Source: Oxynema aestuarii AP17 (GTDB lineage: Bacteria > Cyanobacteriota > Cyanobacteriia > Cyanobacteriales > Laspinemataceae). From it: a DNA stretch of 64,000 nt. Shown one piece after another: positions 49,535 through 64,000 of the stretch (its first letter is position 1; the number at the start of each line of letters is the position of its first letter). Position numbers and translations under genes: made by a program. Location: contig NZ_CP051167.1 in the NCBI RefSeq assembly GCF_012295525.1, forward strand, positions 5,749,299 to 5,813,298. The letters run 5' to 3'. A model generated the notes under the pieces. That model worked only from the letters and a program-made list of their open reading frames with translations. It ran no database searches and was not told the origin of the DNA.

Positions 49535-49639
49535 CTAAAGGCCAAGTTGTAACGCTAAAGCGGTCGATGACCGTTCGACTTCGGCAGCGACGAGGGGTTC
49601 GATCTCGTTGCGATAATGGGGCGAACTCGTCATTTGCAT
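49535..49639 (-). CDS. Candidate small protein (34 aa) with a strong Shine-Dalgarno
   Basis: AGGAGG lies 5 nt upstream of ATG. The product is MQMTSSPHYRNEIEPLVAAEVERSSTALALQLGL. It lies in a ~1-kb intergenic region, and there is no homology evidence. Confidence 0.2.
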   Translation of the reverse strand: MQMTSSPHYRNEIEPLVAAEVERSSTALALQLGL

Positions 49640-50232
49640 GTCATCCTCCTCAAATAATCGATCGGCTTGGATCGGGATCGGTTTCTATCGGATTCTATTG
49701 TAAAAATTGCCCCCGCCAAAAACATCGAGCCAAGGTCATCAACCGTTCTACGAGTTGACTTGCGATTCGATCCTTAAAAATCACGAATCGATCGTCTACT
49801 CGGGTAAAAAAGGGGGTCAAACCATCGGGGGCGATCGCCCAACATTCCCTGCAAACCCTTCGTGAATCGACGGAGAGATCGGCTAAACTGGGAGTGGGTG
49901 CCAAGGGCTTCAAGGGCGCCCGGGCTGGGTTTGCTCTCACAAGTGAAGATCGCCCTGGAAAACGACGGGAAATTTCACCGATCCCCGTGGAAAATTTCAA
50001 CGATCGGCGAGGAATTACTCGCTAGCGAACCGGACTGACATCCCTTTGGCAAACCCGCTCATCGAGAGTCAGCGATTCTCCTTTAGAGACCCTACGAGAA
50101 CGCCATCCTCGACGAATTAGCCCGTCATTCCAAGCCGCCAGACGCGATCTTGAAGGACGTCCACAAAGCTTGCAGGGAGACTGAAACTTCGGGAATTTTC
50201 AAGCTTTTATATTAAAATAATCGACAAATCCT

Positions 50233-50847
50233 TTGTTGATTGAAACGGCCAAAAAACACACAGCAGCGATGACCAATTCTCAACCACAAATCTTGAGTAT
50301 CGACGAATATCACAACCTGGCCGATCGCGGCTTTTTCAAAGAAGACGAAGCCGTCGAACTCGTAGAAGGAACCCTGGTGCAGATGGCTCCGATCGGCCAA
50401 GACCACGCTGCTTGTTTGCGTGCTTTATTAGAAGACTTGCCCGTGTTTGTCGCCCAACGCGCCCTCGTGCAAACCCAAGAGGCGATCGTTCTCAACGAGA
50501 ATACCGAAGTGCAACCGGACTTCGCGATTTTAGCCTATGCCGACGATTACTATCGGGCCCGGTTACCCCAAGCCAGTGAAGTTTTACTAGCGATCGAAAT
50601 TGCGGACGAACTCTCTCTCGAATACGATCGCGCCATCAAACAACCCCTTTATGCCCGAGCGGGAATTTCAGATTATTGGATTTTCAATTTAAACGATAAA
50701 TATTTAGAAATTTACAGCGAACCCGACGAACTCAGCCCCGGAAAATTCGGCTATCGAACCAAACGAATTCCCTTCATCAACGAAGCCATTCCTCTCCCTG
50801 GATTTCCCGATTCTTTGCTCTCTTTAACCAAGATTTTTCCCGAGTAA
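50233..50847 (+). CDS. Uma2-family (DUF820) putative endonuclease
   Basis: 204-aa ORF with ..ELVEGTLVQMAPIG..H..., the acidic ..EI.D.. motif (AIEIADELS) and ..Y.RAGI..YWI, typical of the abundant cyanobacterial Uma2/DUF820 family. Confidence 0.75.
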   Translation: MLIETAKKHTAAMTNSQPQILSIDEYHNLADRGFFKEDEAVELVEGTLVQMAPIGQDHAACLRALLEDLPVFVAQRALVQTQEAIVLNENTEVQPDFAILAYADDYYRARLPQASEVLLAIEIADELSLEYDRAIKQPLYARAGISDYWIFNLNDKYLEIYSEPDELSPGKFGYRTKRIPFINEAIPLPGFPDSLLSLTKIFPE

Positions 50848-50956
50848 AACCGGGGAACGAGCAACTGAGAGACGAAACTTTTCGCGATCGCGCAACGGCA
50901 ATTCAACCGCCCGCGATCCTTTTTGTATCTTTTTTCCTGTATTTTCCCCGTAAATT

Positions 50957-51601
50957 ATGGCCATTTATCTCGATTCGGCGATCGTTGCCGACGCCAAAGC
51001 TGCCCAAAAACTCGGCTGGGTCAAAGGAATCACCACCAACCCGACCTTACTGGCGCAAAGCGACGATCCGCCAGAAATGACCTTGAAAAACTTACTCCCG
51101 TTCGCCGACGGTCCGCTTTACTATCAATTGCTAGCTGGCGACGTTCCTGGAATGGTCGCCGAAGGACGCCGAGCTTACGAGATTATCGGCGATCGCACCG
51201 TCCTCAAAATTCCCGCCACGCCGACCGGATTTGAAGCCGTCGCCATTCTTTCAAAAGAGATGACCTGTTCGGTGACCGGGATTTACGGACCGATCCAAGC
51301 GGCGATCGCCCGGGAAGCCGGAGCCAAAATCGCGATCGCCTACGTCAACCGCGCCACGAGGCTTTTGGGCGACGGGATCGCCCTCGTGCGCGAGATGGCC
51401 GCGATCCTCGAAGACAGTGACGTCGAAATCTTGGCCGCCAGTATCAAGTCTCCCGAAGAAGCTGCCGCCGCCTTACAAGCAGGCGCCGACCACTTGACCC
51501 TACCGTTGCCGATGTTAGCGGCGATCGCCCAGCACGAGTTTTCCGATAAAACCGTCGAAGACTTCGCCAAAACGGGCCGGGGATTACCCCTTAAAACGTA
51601 A
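50957..51601 (+). CDS. Transaldolase-family protein (short TalC/fructose-6-phosphate aldolase type)
   Basis: 214-aa ORF. MAIYLDSAIVADAKAA...GITTNPTLL... matches the N-terminus of short transaldolases. The catalytic Lys context is VLKIPAT. Confidence 0.85.
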   Translation: MAIYLDSAIVADAKAAQKLGWVKGITTNPTLLAQSDDPPEMTLKNLLPFADGPLYYQLLAGDVPGMVAEGRRAYEIIGDRTVLKIPATPTGFEAVAILSKEMTCSVTGIYGPIQAAIAREAGAKIAIAYVNRATRLLGDGIALVREMAAILEDSDVEILAASIKSPEEAAAALQAGADHLTLPLPMLAAIAQHEFSDKTVEDFAKTGRGLPLKT

Positions 51602-52631
51602 AAATTTGCTTGACCCGGGTCGCTTCATTCTCCTGTTGCGCCCGGGCGAGTTCCCGGTCTAAGGCGGCTAAATTTTCCTCGATCGCCCCGACCAGACGGG
51701 CGATCGCCGACCCATTGGTCGGCAGACGGCGCCCGAGTTCGACATCGGTGCGATAGTGGGTTTCGAGGGCGTTGCGCCCCTGTCGAATCGCCGTTTGATA
51801 CTCGTTCGACTCGGCGATCGCCCGATCCAACTCGCCGCGCACCCGATCGTACTCCCGGCGTTGGGAGTCGAGTTCGTCTAAGAGCTGTTGTAAGCTGTCG
51901 CCGAGGCGATCGCGCTGTCGGGCGTAGTCCGCGATCGCCGCTTTCGCTGTTTCTTCAGTTCGCAATTGCAGGCGATCGCGCCGTCCGCGCAATAATTCGA
52001 TTTCTTCACCGAGTTGGGACTGCTGACGCCGTAACTGCTCGATTTGACCGTCGAGATCCGCTTTTTCGCGCTCCAGTTCGCTCAATTGCGCCTGTTGCGG
52101 TGCCAAGACGGCGCGATCGCGGGCGATCGACGCGCGCAAGCCATCGAGATCGGTGCGTTCCAACTCCCCACGCAGTCGGTCGAATTGCTCTGCTTCGTGT
52201 TGCAGTTGCTCTAATTCGGCGATCGCGTCGCGCATGTCGCCATCGATCGCCGAAAATTCGCCCGTTTTTGTCAGCAATTCGCTGTGTTGCGCGCGCAACT
52301 GTTGTAATTGGCGGGCGCGATCGCCGATTTTGGTTTGGAGGGCGTCTAATAACGAGAGGCGATCGAGGGTCGCGCCCGTGCGATCGAGCCATTGCAGTTG
52401 GGCGTCTAAGGCGCGAGTGAGGGCGATCGCCCACGCTTCCAAGGTTTCCGGTTCGGTCGCGTCCAACTGTTGCAAAACCTCGGGTGGATAGAGTTGTGCC
52501 CAAACATCGAGCAGAATTTCGAGCCATTGCAACGGGAGGGCGATCGTCTCGAAGGTCAACAAGGGGCGTTCGTCCTCAGAGGCGAGGTGTTGGAGACGGG
52601 CGATCGATTGGGCGAGGAGATCGAGGGACAT
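51591..52631 (-). CDS. Hypothetical coiled-coil protein (Arg/Glu/Leu/Gln-rich), downstream partner of the Hsp70-like gene
   Basis: The internal ATG start (MSLDLLAQS...) gives a ~346-aa product. It is almost entirely predicted helical and coiled coil, with no enzymatic motifs. Confidence 0.5.
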   Translation of the reverse strand: MSLDLLAQSIARLQHLASEDERPLLTFETIALPLQWLEILLDVWAQLYPPEVLQQLDATEPETLEAWAIALTRALDAQLQWLDRTGATLDRLSLLDALQTKIGDRARQLQQLRAQHSELLTKTGEFSAIDGDMRDAIAELEQLQHEAEQFDRLRGELERTDLDGLRASIARDRAVLAPQQAQLSELEREKADLDGQIEQLRRQQSQLGEEIELLRGRRDRLQLRTEETAKAAIADYARQRDRLGDSLQQLLDELDSQRREYDRVRGELDRAIAESNEYQTAIRQGRNALETHYRTDVELGRRLPTNGSAIARLVGAIEENLAALDRELARAQQENEATRVKQIFTF

Positions 52632-52711
52632 GGGTAAGGGGGAGTAAAGAGCCAATGTGAAGTACCCGACGCTCATTGCTACGCAATAGAGCGCGGGCTT
52701 CTCTCTTCACC

Positions 52712-52733
52712 CTAAAATCTAAAATCTAAAATT
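52712..52733. repeat. Short heptanucleotide repeat (CTAAAAT x3)
   Basis: cctaaaatctaaaatctaaaat, between the Hsp70-like and coiled-coil genes. Confidence 0.7.
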
Positions 52734-52737
52734 TCCA

Positions 52738-54336
52738 TTATTCAATTAACACGAAACCGGGAAACATTTTCGCTAAAACATTGCCTAACTCATATTCCAC
52801 TCGTTTTTCCCCGCGAACTTCTTCAATGGTTAAATAAGCAATTTGAGAGCGATCCACGCGCATTCCCACCCGCCATTTATCCTCGGGAGAATAACTCGGT
52901 AACTTCACCATCTCCGGTAAGGATTCTTCGACCAAGACGCCTTTTCCTTGGGGGTCTACCCAGAGGGTGAGGGTCAAGGGTGCATCTTGTTGAAAGGTCA
53001 CTAAAGGGGGAATATCGGCAAATTGGGGTTGAGATAACTCTTCCAAGCGGGTGCCACCTTTGATAATTTCGATCGCGCGGCGTTGGCGTTCGGCGTTGGC
53101 GTCGATGGTATCGACCACGATCCCGAGATTGTGCAGATATTTTTCGCTGGGTTGGACGCGATCGTTGGCGATCAAACAGGCGCCGTAGGAGATCGCATAA
53201 GCGCTGTGGGTGAGGTTAAAGGTTGCGTCGAGACGGGGATCGTCTGTAGCGAATTGTAAGGCTGAGGCGATCGCCCGTCGGACGAGGAAAAACTGAGAAA
53301 AACCGCCGACGAGGAAGACGCGATCGATCGTCTGTTGTCGTTCGGCGATCCAGGTTCGGACTCGTTCGATGACTGCGGTAATTCCGGCGGCGATCGGTGC
53401 GAATGCCTCGCACACTTGTGCGAAATTGAGGGAATACCCCCCGGCAAACACGTAAATCTGGCGATCGCCGTAAATTTCCGGCTCGCGCACGGCATTTGTG
53501 AGGTATCGCGTCACGCGGGCGTGAGAGCCGATTTTGACCGTTTCAAATTCCCGTAACAGGCGCAGGAATTCCGGGTCGTTTTCGTCGAGAGTCGAGTCGT
53601 GTTTTGCCTTGTAAGCTGCTTGCACGCAACGGCGATCGAAAGCTACCCCGGCGGATTCGAGACCGCGATCGCCCTGTCCGTCAAAATAGAGGACATCGAC
53701 TTTTTGTTCCCCGTAAATTCGGCATAAACTCACATCAAACGTACCGCCACCCATATCGCACACGAGGAGATTTCCCGAAAAACTCTCATCTCCCGCATCT
53801 TTTGCCCGTCGTTGCATGTCCCAAGTATAGTAAGCGGCGGCGGCGACGGGTTCGCTGACCAATTGAATGAGGGGCAAATCGAGAGCGGCGATCGCCTGTT
53901 TTAACAATTCTCGTCCGCGATTGTAAAGATCGCGCTGCCAAATTTCGGGAACCGAGACCACCAGACCGGAGATTTCCCCTTGTTGTTTGCAAAAACTGTA
54001 AGGATTTTCCTCAGAAACGAGCAGTTCGCGCAAGTAATCCGTAGTGACGCTGGCGGGGGTGCGATCGTGGCGAATGTACTCCGGCAATCGATCGGCGGGA
54101 ATGGGCAAGCGCATTTTAAAATTGCCGTAAGTTTCCACATCCCCGTGATTGGCGGCGAGAGTCCGCGCGGCGGTGCCAATTTCGACAAATTCCTCGTCGT
54201 AGCCGATAAACGAGGGAATATAGCGGCGACCGTCAGGACCGCCATATTGAAAGGCTTCTACTTCGGCGGAGGAGGTGAAATAAGAAATAATCGAGTTCGT
54301 CGTCCCGAAATCGAGGCCGATTTTGTACCCGGACAT
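52738..54336 (-). CDS. Hsp70-family actin-like ATPase, apparently lacking the canonical substrate-binding domain
   Basis: 532-aa ORF. The NBD motifs are IGLDFGTTNSIISY, LLVCDMGGGTFDVSL and RVFLVGGFSQFFLV. The C-terminal ~150 aa do not resemble the DnaK SBD. Confidence 0.8.
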   Translation of the reverse strand: MSGYKIGLDFGTTNSIISYFTSSAEVEAFQYGGPDGRRYIPSFIGYDEEFVEIGTAARTLAANHGDVETYGNFKMRLPIPADRLPEYIRHDRTPASVTTDYLRELLVSEENPYSFCKQQGEISGLVVSVPEIWQRDLYNRGRELLKQAIAALDLPLIQLVSEPVAAAAYYTWDMQRRAKDAGDESFSGNLLVCDMGGGTFDVSLCRIYGEQKVDVLYFDGQGDRGLESAGVAFDRRCVQAAYKAKHDSTLDENDPEFLRLLREFETVKIGSHARVTRYLTNAVREPEIYGDRQIYVFAGGYSLNFAQVCEAFAPIAAGITAVIERVRTWIAERQQTIDRVFLVGGFSQFFLVRRAIASALQFATDDPRLDATFNLTHSAYAISYGACLIANDRVQPSEKYLHNLGIVVDTIDANAERQRRAIEIIKGGTRLEELSQPQFADIPPLVTFQQDAPLTLTLWVDPQGKGVLVEESLPEMVKLPSYSPEDKWRVGMRVDRSQIAYLTIEEVRGEKRVEYELGNVLAKMFPGFVLIE

Positions 54337-54423
54337 GGAGCAGTTCAGTATTGAGATTTTCGAGTGGAGACAAGGCGACTAAGCTATTTCTACATTATCT
54401 CAAGGCGATCTTGACGGGGGTGG

Positions 54424-54459
54424 GGAGTTTGGAGTTTAGAGTTTAGAGTTTAGATTTAA
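54424..54459. repeat. Heptanucleotide tandem repeat (GAGTTTA/TAGATTT-like)
   Basis: gagtttggagtttagagtttagagtttagatttaaag, upstream of the Hsp70-like gene. Confidence 0.7.
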
Positions 54460-54706
54460 AGTAAAAAATTGGTTTTTAAAGTATTTATTTGCTAAAATTT
54501 AGCGCAATTGCTCAGAAAATGGGGTTTAAATCGATAAAGATGTCTGTAGTTCCTGCATTCTAGAGGAATGGGGAAGCGGCGGGCAAAATAACCGCGCCAC
54601 AGTTGACGATACCGATGGAGATGGATTTTTGCTTCTTGTCTTCGGCTCCTTCCCCCCAACGGCTCGTGACAAGGGACAATTAAAGAGAACATCTAGCAAA
54701 GCGATC

Positions 54707-55264
54707 ATGTTACGCAATCTTTCTTTAGCGCTGTTGGCGTTGGGTGTCGGTGGCGTTTTAACCGTCGTCGGTTTTGTGGCGTATTTCAATGACAATGCCA
54801 CGTTGAATTTAGCGGGGTTTTTCTATGGAATTCCGGTGTTACTGGGTGGGTTGGCTCTGAAGGCGGCGGAATTGGAACCGACGCCGTTGACTCAAGCGAG
54901 TTCTGAGGAAACGATCGCCTTACGGGAACGACAAGCGACGCCGATTCAAAATCAAATTCGCAAGGATGTCAGCCGTTATCGGTACGGTCAGAAGGTTCAT
55001 CTCGAAGATGCGCTCGAACGGTTGGGGTTGAGTCCGAACGACGAAGTTTGTCCGGTTCTGGAGGGAATTCGGGAAGAGGCGATCGAGGGGAATTATGCAC
55101 TCATTTTAGAGTTTGATTCGCCCAATTTGGCCTTAGAAACGTGGCAGGAAAAGCAGGAAAAAATCGAAAAGTTTTTCGGTCCGGGGGTGCGATCGCGCCT
55201 CAGTGAAGTCCGCAAAGGTCGAATTGAGGTGGCTTTAATTGCGATCGCCGACGACGCGGCTTAA
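54707..55264 (+). CDS. Hypothetical membrane protein (cyanobacterial DUF-like)
   Basis: The internal ATG (MLRNLSLALLALGVGGVLTVVGFVAYF) gives ~185 aa with two TMs and a soluble C-terminal domain. Confidence 0.5.
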   Translation: MLRNLSLALLALGVGGVLTVVGFVAYFNDNATLNLAGFFYGIPVLLGGLALKAAELEPTPLTQASSEETIALRERQATPIQNQIRKDVSRYRYGQKVHLEDALERLGLSPNDEVCPVLEGIREEAIEGNYALILEFDSPNLALETWQEKQEKIEKFFGPGVRSRLSEVRKGRIEVALIAIADDAA

Positions 55265-55412
55265 AAGTTGGGTGATTTTTAGCTTTCCTGCACGGATTGA
55301 ATGAGTTGGTGGTTGACTCCCGGCGAAGATCGGGAGGGCAACCATCAACCCAAAAATGGGCGATCGCGTCTCTTGCTTCTGTCGCCTCGATCGCCTCTGT
55401 TCCTGTTGCCGC

Positions 55413-55673
55413 CTATTTTTCCAAACGCACCACATACCACTGGAGAAAATGACCGGGGGCGACATCAAATTCGCAATGATTTTCGAGTAAATAGCGAGCT
55501 TGTTCTGCTACGGTTGAAAACCTCTGAAGTTCTCGGGGTAAATCATCTTGACGGCGCTCTAAAATAGCGGACAATTTTGCTAAAAGTTCCGGGGCGCTAA
55601 GAAATTCTTCCGGGCGATCGGCTTCGAGAACGACATAGTGTTCTTCTTCTTGATACATAATCGAATCGGGCAT
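55413..55673 (-). CDS. Hypothetical small protein (86 aa), divergent from the hybrid kinase
   Basis: The internal ATG MPDSIMYQEEEHYVVLEADRPEEF... is used. The longer listed ORF overlaps the kinase start region. Acidic, soluble protein. Confidence 0.45.
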   Translation of the reverse strand: MPDSIMYQEEEHYVVLEADRPEEFLSAPELLAKLSAILERRQDDLPRELQRFSTVAEQARYLLENHCEFDVAPGHFLQWYVVRLEK

Positions 55674-55989
55674 CGTTTGACTCCTTGGGTTTAGACAGAT
55701 CGATCGCGATTGTAAAGGATAAGAGCCCTCGGGGCGATCGCGCAGAATCTCTCGAATGTAGGGATTACCGAGGATCTGCGTAAACTCGGATGGGTATTTT
55801 TGGGGAGGTTCGTCCGGCGCACTCAAGCTAAAGTGGGAGAGAGTGCAGATCGCATCAATGCTCGTCGGTAAGATCACCCGTAAGGGCGATCGCCCGATTT
55901 TGACGGCTCTACCCATCGGTACGTTGCTGAGGTGTTTGACGCCGAGACAAGCGCTGCTTGCATCCCCTGTTTCTCCATCCTTAAAACCC

Positions 55990-61746
<5,757 letters not shown>

Positions 61747-61778
61747 GATAATCCCAGATCCTTTTATGCTTTCAGGAC

Positions 61779-61991
61779 ATGGATAGTCGAGCGATCGCCC
61801 AGTATCTCGAATCCACTAACAGCGCCAGCAAACCCTGGCTGTTAGTGCAACTACGCTTGCAAAAACTTAAGGAAAATCGAGATCGTCTCTCCCCGGAACA
61901 ATATTCCCAAGCCCTCGCGGACATTCACCAGGACTTGATGAACCTGGGCGAATGGTGGGTCGGAATCGAAGACGAAGCCTTTGGCCCCTAA
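61779..61991 (+). CDS. Hypothetical small protein (70 aa) immediately downstream of the hybrid kinase
   Basis: The ORF starts 33 nt after the kinase stop. The product is helical with no known motif. Confidence 0.4.
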   Translation: MDSRAIAQYLESTNSASKPWLLVQLRLQKLKENRDRLSPEQYSQALADIHQDLMNLGEWWVGIEDEAFGP

Positions 61992-62088
61992 TCCTCTTTA
62001 ATTCCTAAGCCTACGTCGGGGCGATCGCATTCCCCACCCCATCGCCTCAACGCCGAACTTCTCCCTTCTACTTTCCTGCGATAGAACC

Positions 62089-64000
62089 ATGACCAAAACC
62101 AAAAAGAATAAAGAAGCAACGACGGGCGACGAGTTGAATTTGCGAGATCCGCAATATTACTTCAACCGGGAACTGAGTTGGGTTGAATTTAACTACCGCG
62201 TCCTCCACGAAGCCCTCGATTCGCGCACGCCTTTACTCGAACGGCTCAAATTCTTAGCAATTTTTAGCTCCAACCTCGACGAATTCTTCATGGTCCGCGT
62301 CGCCGGACTCAAACAGCAAGTCGAAGCCAAAGTCTCTTCCCTGACCCCGGACGGACGCACTCCCCAACAACAACTCGACGATATCAGCGATCTCCTCCAT
62401 CCGATGGTCGCCGAACAACACCGACATTTCGAGCAAGAGATCCGCCCGTTACTCGTGGAACACGGCATCCACATCCTCGACTACATGGATCTCAACCAAG
62501 AACAGCGCACCTACCTGCAACATTATTTTGAAGAGCAAATCTTCCCGGTCCTCACCCCCCTCGCCGTCGATCCGGGCCATCCTTTCCCCTATATCTCCAA
62601 TCTCAGCCTCAATTTAGCCGTGGTCATCAAAGACCCGGAAACCGACGAAGAACTGTTCGCCCGGGTCAAGGTCCCGAAAGTGCTGCCCCGTTTCGTCGCC
62701 ATTCCCGAACAACAATGCGATCCTCCTGACTCTTTTGGAGTCGCTTCGCGAACGGAGTCGCCTCGCGATCGCAACGCCACGGGCAATTCCTCGAACAAAC
62801 AAAAACAGTGGCACTGGGTCGCTTTGGAACAAGTGATCGCCCACAACCTCGAAGCCCTGTTTCCGGGCATGAATATTCTCGAATACCATCCCTTCCGCAT
62901 TACCCGCAACGCTTCCCTAGAGGTCGAAGAAGATGAAGCGGACGATCTCTTACTGGCGATCGAACAAGAACTGCGCAAACGCCGTTTTGGCGGTTCGGTC
63001 GTGCGCATGGAAATCCAGTCCGATATGCCCGAACCCGTGCGCGAAATGGTCGCCCGGGAAATGTCCCTCGACAATAAGGATATTTACGAAGTCGAAGGAC
63101 TCCTCAACTTGCGAGACTTGATGGGGTTTATGGATTTACCCCTTCCCGACCTCAAAGATCCCCCCTGGTCTGCGGTGATCCCCCCGCGTTTCCGCCGCCT
63201 GGGAGAGGTCGAAATCGACCCGTCCCAACGCGACGGCGAAGAAGCGGAAGATATTTTTGGGTTGATCCGCCAACGGGATTTACTCCTCCACCATCCCTAT
63301 CAGTCGTTCGCCGCCACGGTGCAGCGTTTTATCACCCAAGCGGCTTACGATCCGGCGGTTTTGGCGATTAAAATGACTCTTTATCGCACTTCGGGAGATT
63401 CGCCGATCGTCAATGCTTTGATTGCCGCCGCCGAAAATGGCAAGCAAGTGGCGGTGTTGGTCGAACTCAAAGCCCGTTTCGACGAGGAAAATAATATCCT
63501 CTGGGCCCGTAAGTTAGAAAAAGTCGGCGTTCACGTGGTTTACGGGTTGGTCGGACTCAAAACTCATACCAAAATCGCGATGGTGGTGCGCCGGGAAGAT
63601 GAAGGGATCCGCCGTTACGTCCATATCGGGACGGGCAATTACAACCCGAAAACGGCGAAGTTGTACACGGATTTGGGTTTGTTGACCTGTCGTGAAGATT
63701 TGGGCGCGGATCTGACCGATTTGTTCAATTTCTTGACGGGATATTCTCGCCAGCGTTCTTATCGTAAGTTGTTGGTGGCTCCGGTGAATATGCGCGATCG
63801 CATGAGTTCGCTGATTCAACGGGAAATCGAACATTCCCGCAATGGCTATGGCGGTCGCATCGTCGCCAAAATGAATTCTTTGGTCGATCCGAAGATTATC
63901 GCTTTGCTTTACGAAGCGTCTCAAGCGGGGGTGCAAATCGATTTAGTGGTGCGCGGCATTTGCTGTTTGCGACCGGGAGTTCCCGGTATCAGCGACAATA
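62089..64000 (+). CDS. ppk: Polyphosphate kinase 1 (partial; continues beyond the window end)
   Basis: I translated this myself. MTKTKKNKEATTGDELNLRDPQYYFNRELSWVEFNYRVLHEALDSRTPLLERLKFLAIFSSNLDEFFMVRVAGLK is the PPK1 N-domain. The open frame continues to the window end through PLD-like HKD regions (e.g. ..TGNYNPKTA..). Confidence 0.9.
   Translation, partial: MTKTKKNKEATTGDELNLRDPQYYFNRELSWVEFNYRVLHEALDSRTPLLERLKFLAIFSSNLDEFFMVRVAGLKQQVEAKVSSLTPDGRTPQQQLDDISDLLHPMVAEQHRHFEQEIRPLLVEHGIHILDYMDLNQEQRTYLQHYFEEQIFPVLTPLAVDPGHPFPYISNLSLNLAVVIKDPETDEELFARVKVPKVLPRFVAIPEQQCDPPDSFGVASRTESPRDRNATGNSSNKQKQWHWVALEQVIAHNLEALFPGMNILEYHPFRITRNASLEVEEDEADDLLLAIEQELRKRRFGGSVVRMEIQSDMPEPVREMVAREMSLDNKDIYEVEGLLNLRDLMGFMDLPLPDLKDPPWSAVIPPRFRRLGEVEIDPSQRDGEEAEDIFGLIRQRDLLLHHPYQSFAATVQRFITQAAYDPAVLAIKMTLYRTSGDSPIVNALIAAAENGKQVAVLVELKARFDEENNILWARKLEKVGVHVVYGLVGLKTHTKIAMVVRREDEGIRRYVHIGTGNYNPKTAKLYTDLGLLTCREDLGADLTDLFNFLTGYSRQRSYRKLLVAPVNMRDRMSSLIQREIEHSRNGYGGRIVAKMNSLVDPKIIALLYEASQAGVQIDLVVRGICCLRPGVPGISDN

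Noticed and set aside
52006-52527. ORFs antisense or out of frame within the coiled-coil gene
   Set aside because: Arg-rich artefacts caused by the GAG/CTC-rich coiled-coil coding sequence.

Overview
This window is a 64 kb chromosomal segment from a cyanobacterium. The HIP1 octamer GCGATCGC (often extended to GGCGATCGCC) recurs throughout, both in genes and between them, and GC content is high. I saw no rRNA, tRNA, CRISPR array, transposase or integrase.

Conserved housekeeping content:
- the rimP-nusA-ylxR-infB operon on the minus strand
- gamma-glutamyltranspeptidase
- serA, prmA, thioredoxin and fabG
- a phosphoketolase (xfp)-acetate kinase (ackA) operon
- a transaldolase-family gene, galU and the start of ppk1
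- a candidate SRP (4.5S) RNA

Accessory and unusual content:
- The most striking gene is an 889-aa protein that is unmistakably a major vault protein (MVP), with the repeated GDEWL-x-GP-x-Y-x-P-x-VEV-x-E modules, a shoulder domain and a cap-helix/C-terminal tail that look near-identical to animal MVP. It sits directly upstream of xfp-ackA.
- A lower-GC pseFGHI-like pseudaminic/nonulosonic-acid module (cytidylyltransferase, PseG-GNAT fusion, NeuB/PseI-type synthase).
- An orphan two-partner-secretion (filamentous-haemagglutinin-type) exoprotein with no TpsB partner in the window.
- An NBD-only Hsp70-like ATPase paired with a coiled-coil protein.
- A ~1970-aa hybrid sensor kinase (multi-PAS/GAF-HK-REC-REC-Hpt).
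- An SLH-OprB porin and two tandem secreted pentapeptide-repeat proteins.
- A pair of ~108-bp MITE-like elements in inverted orientation 11.4 kb apart, five arrays of TAGATTT-type heptanucleotide repeats, and a small family of dispersed hairpin repeats.
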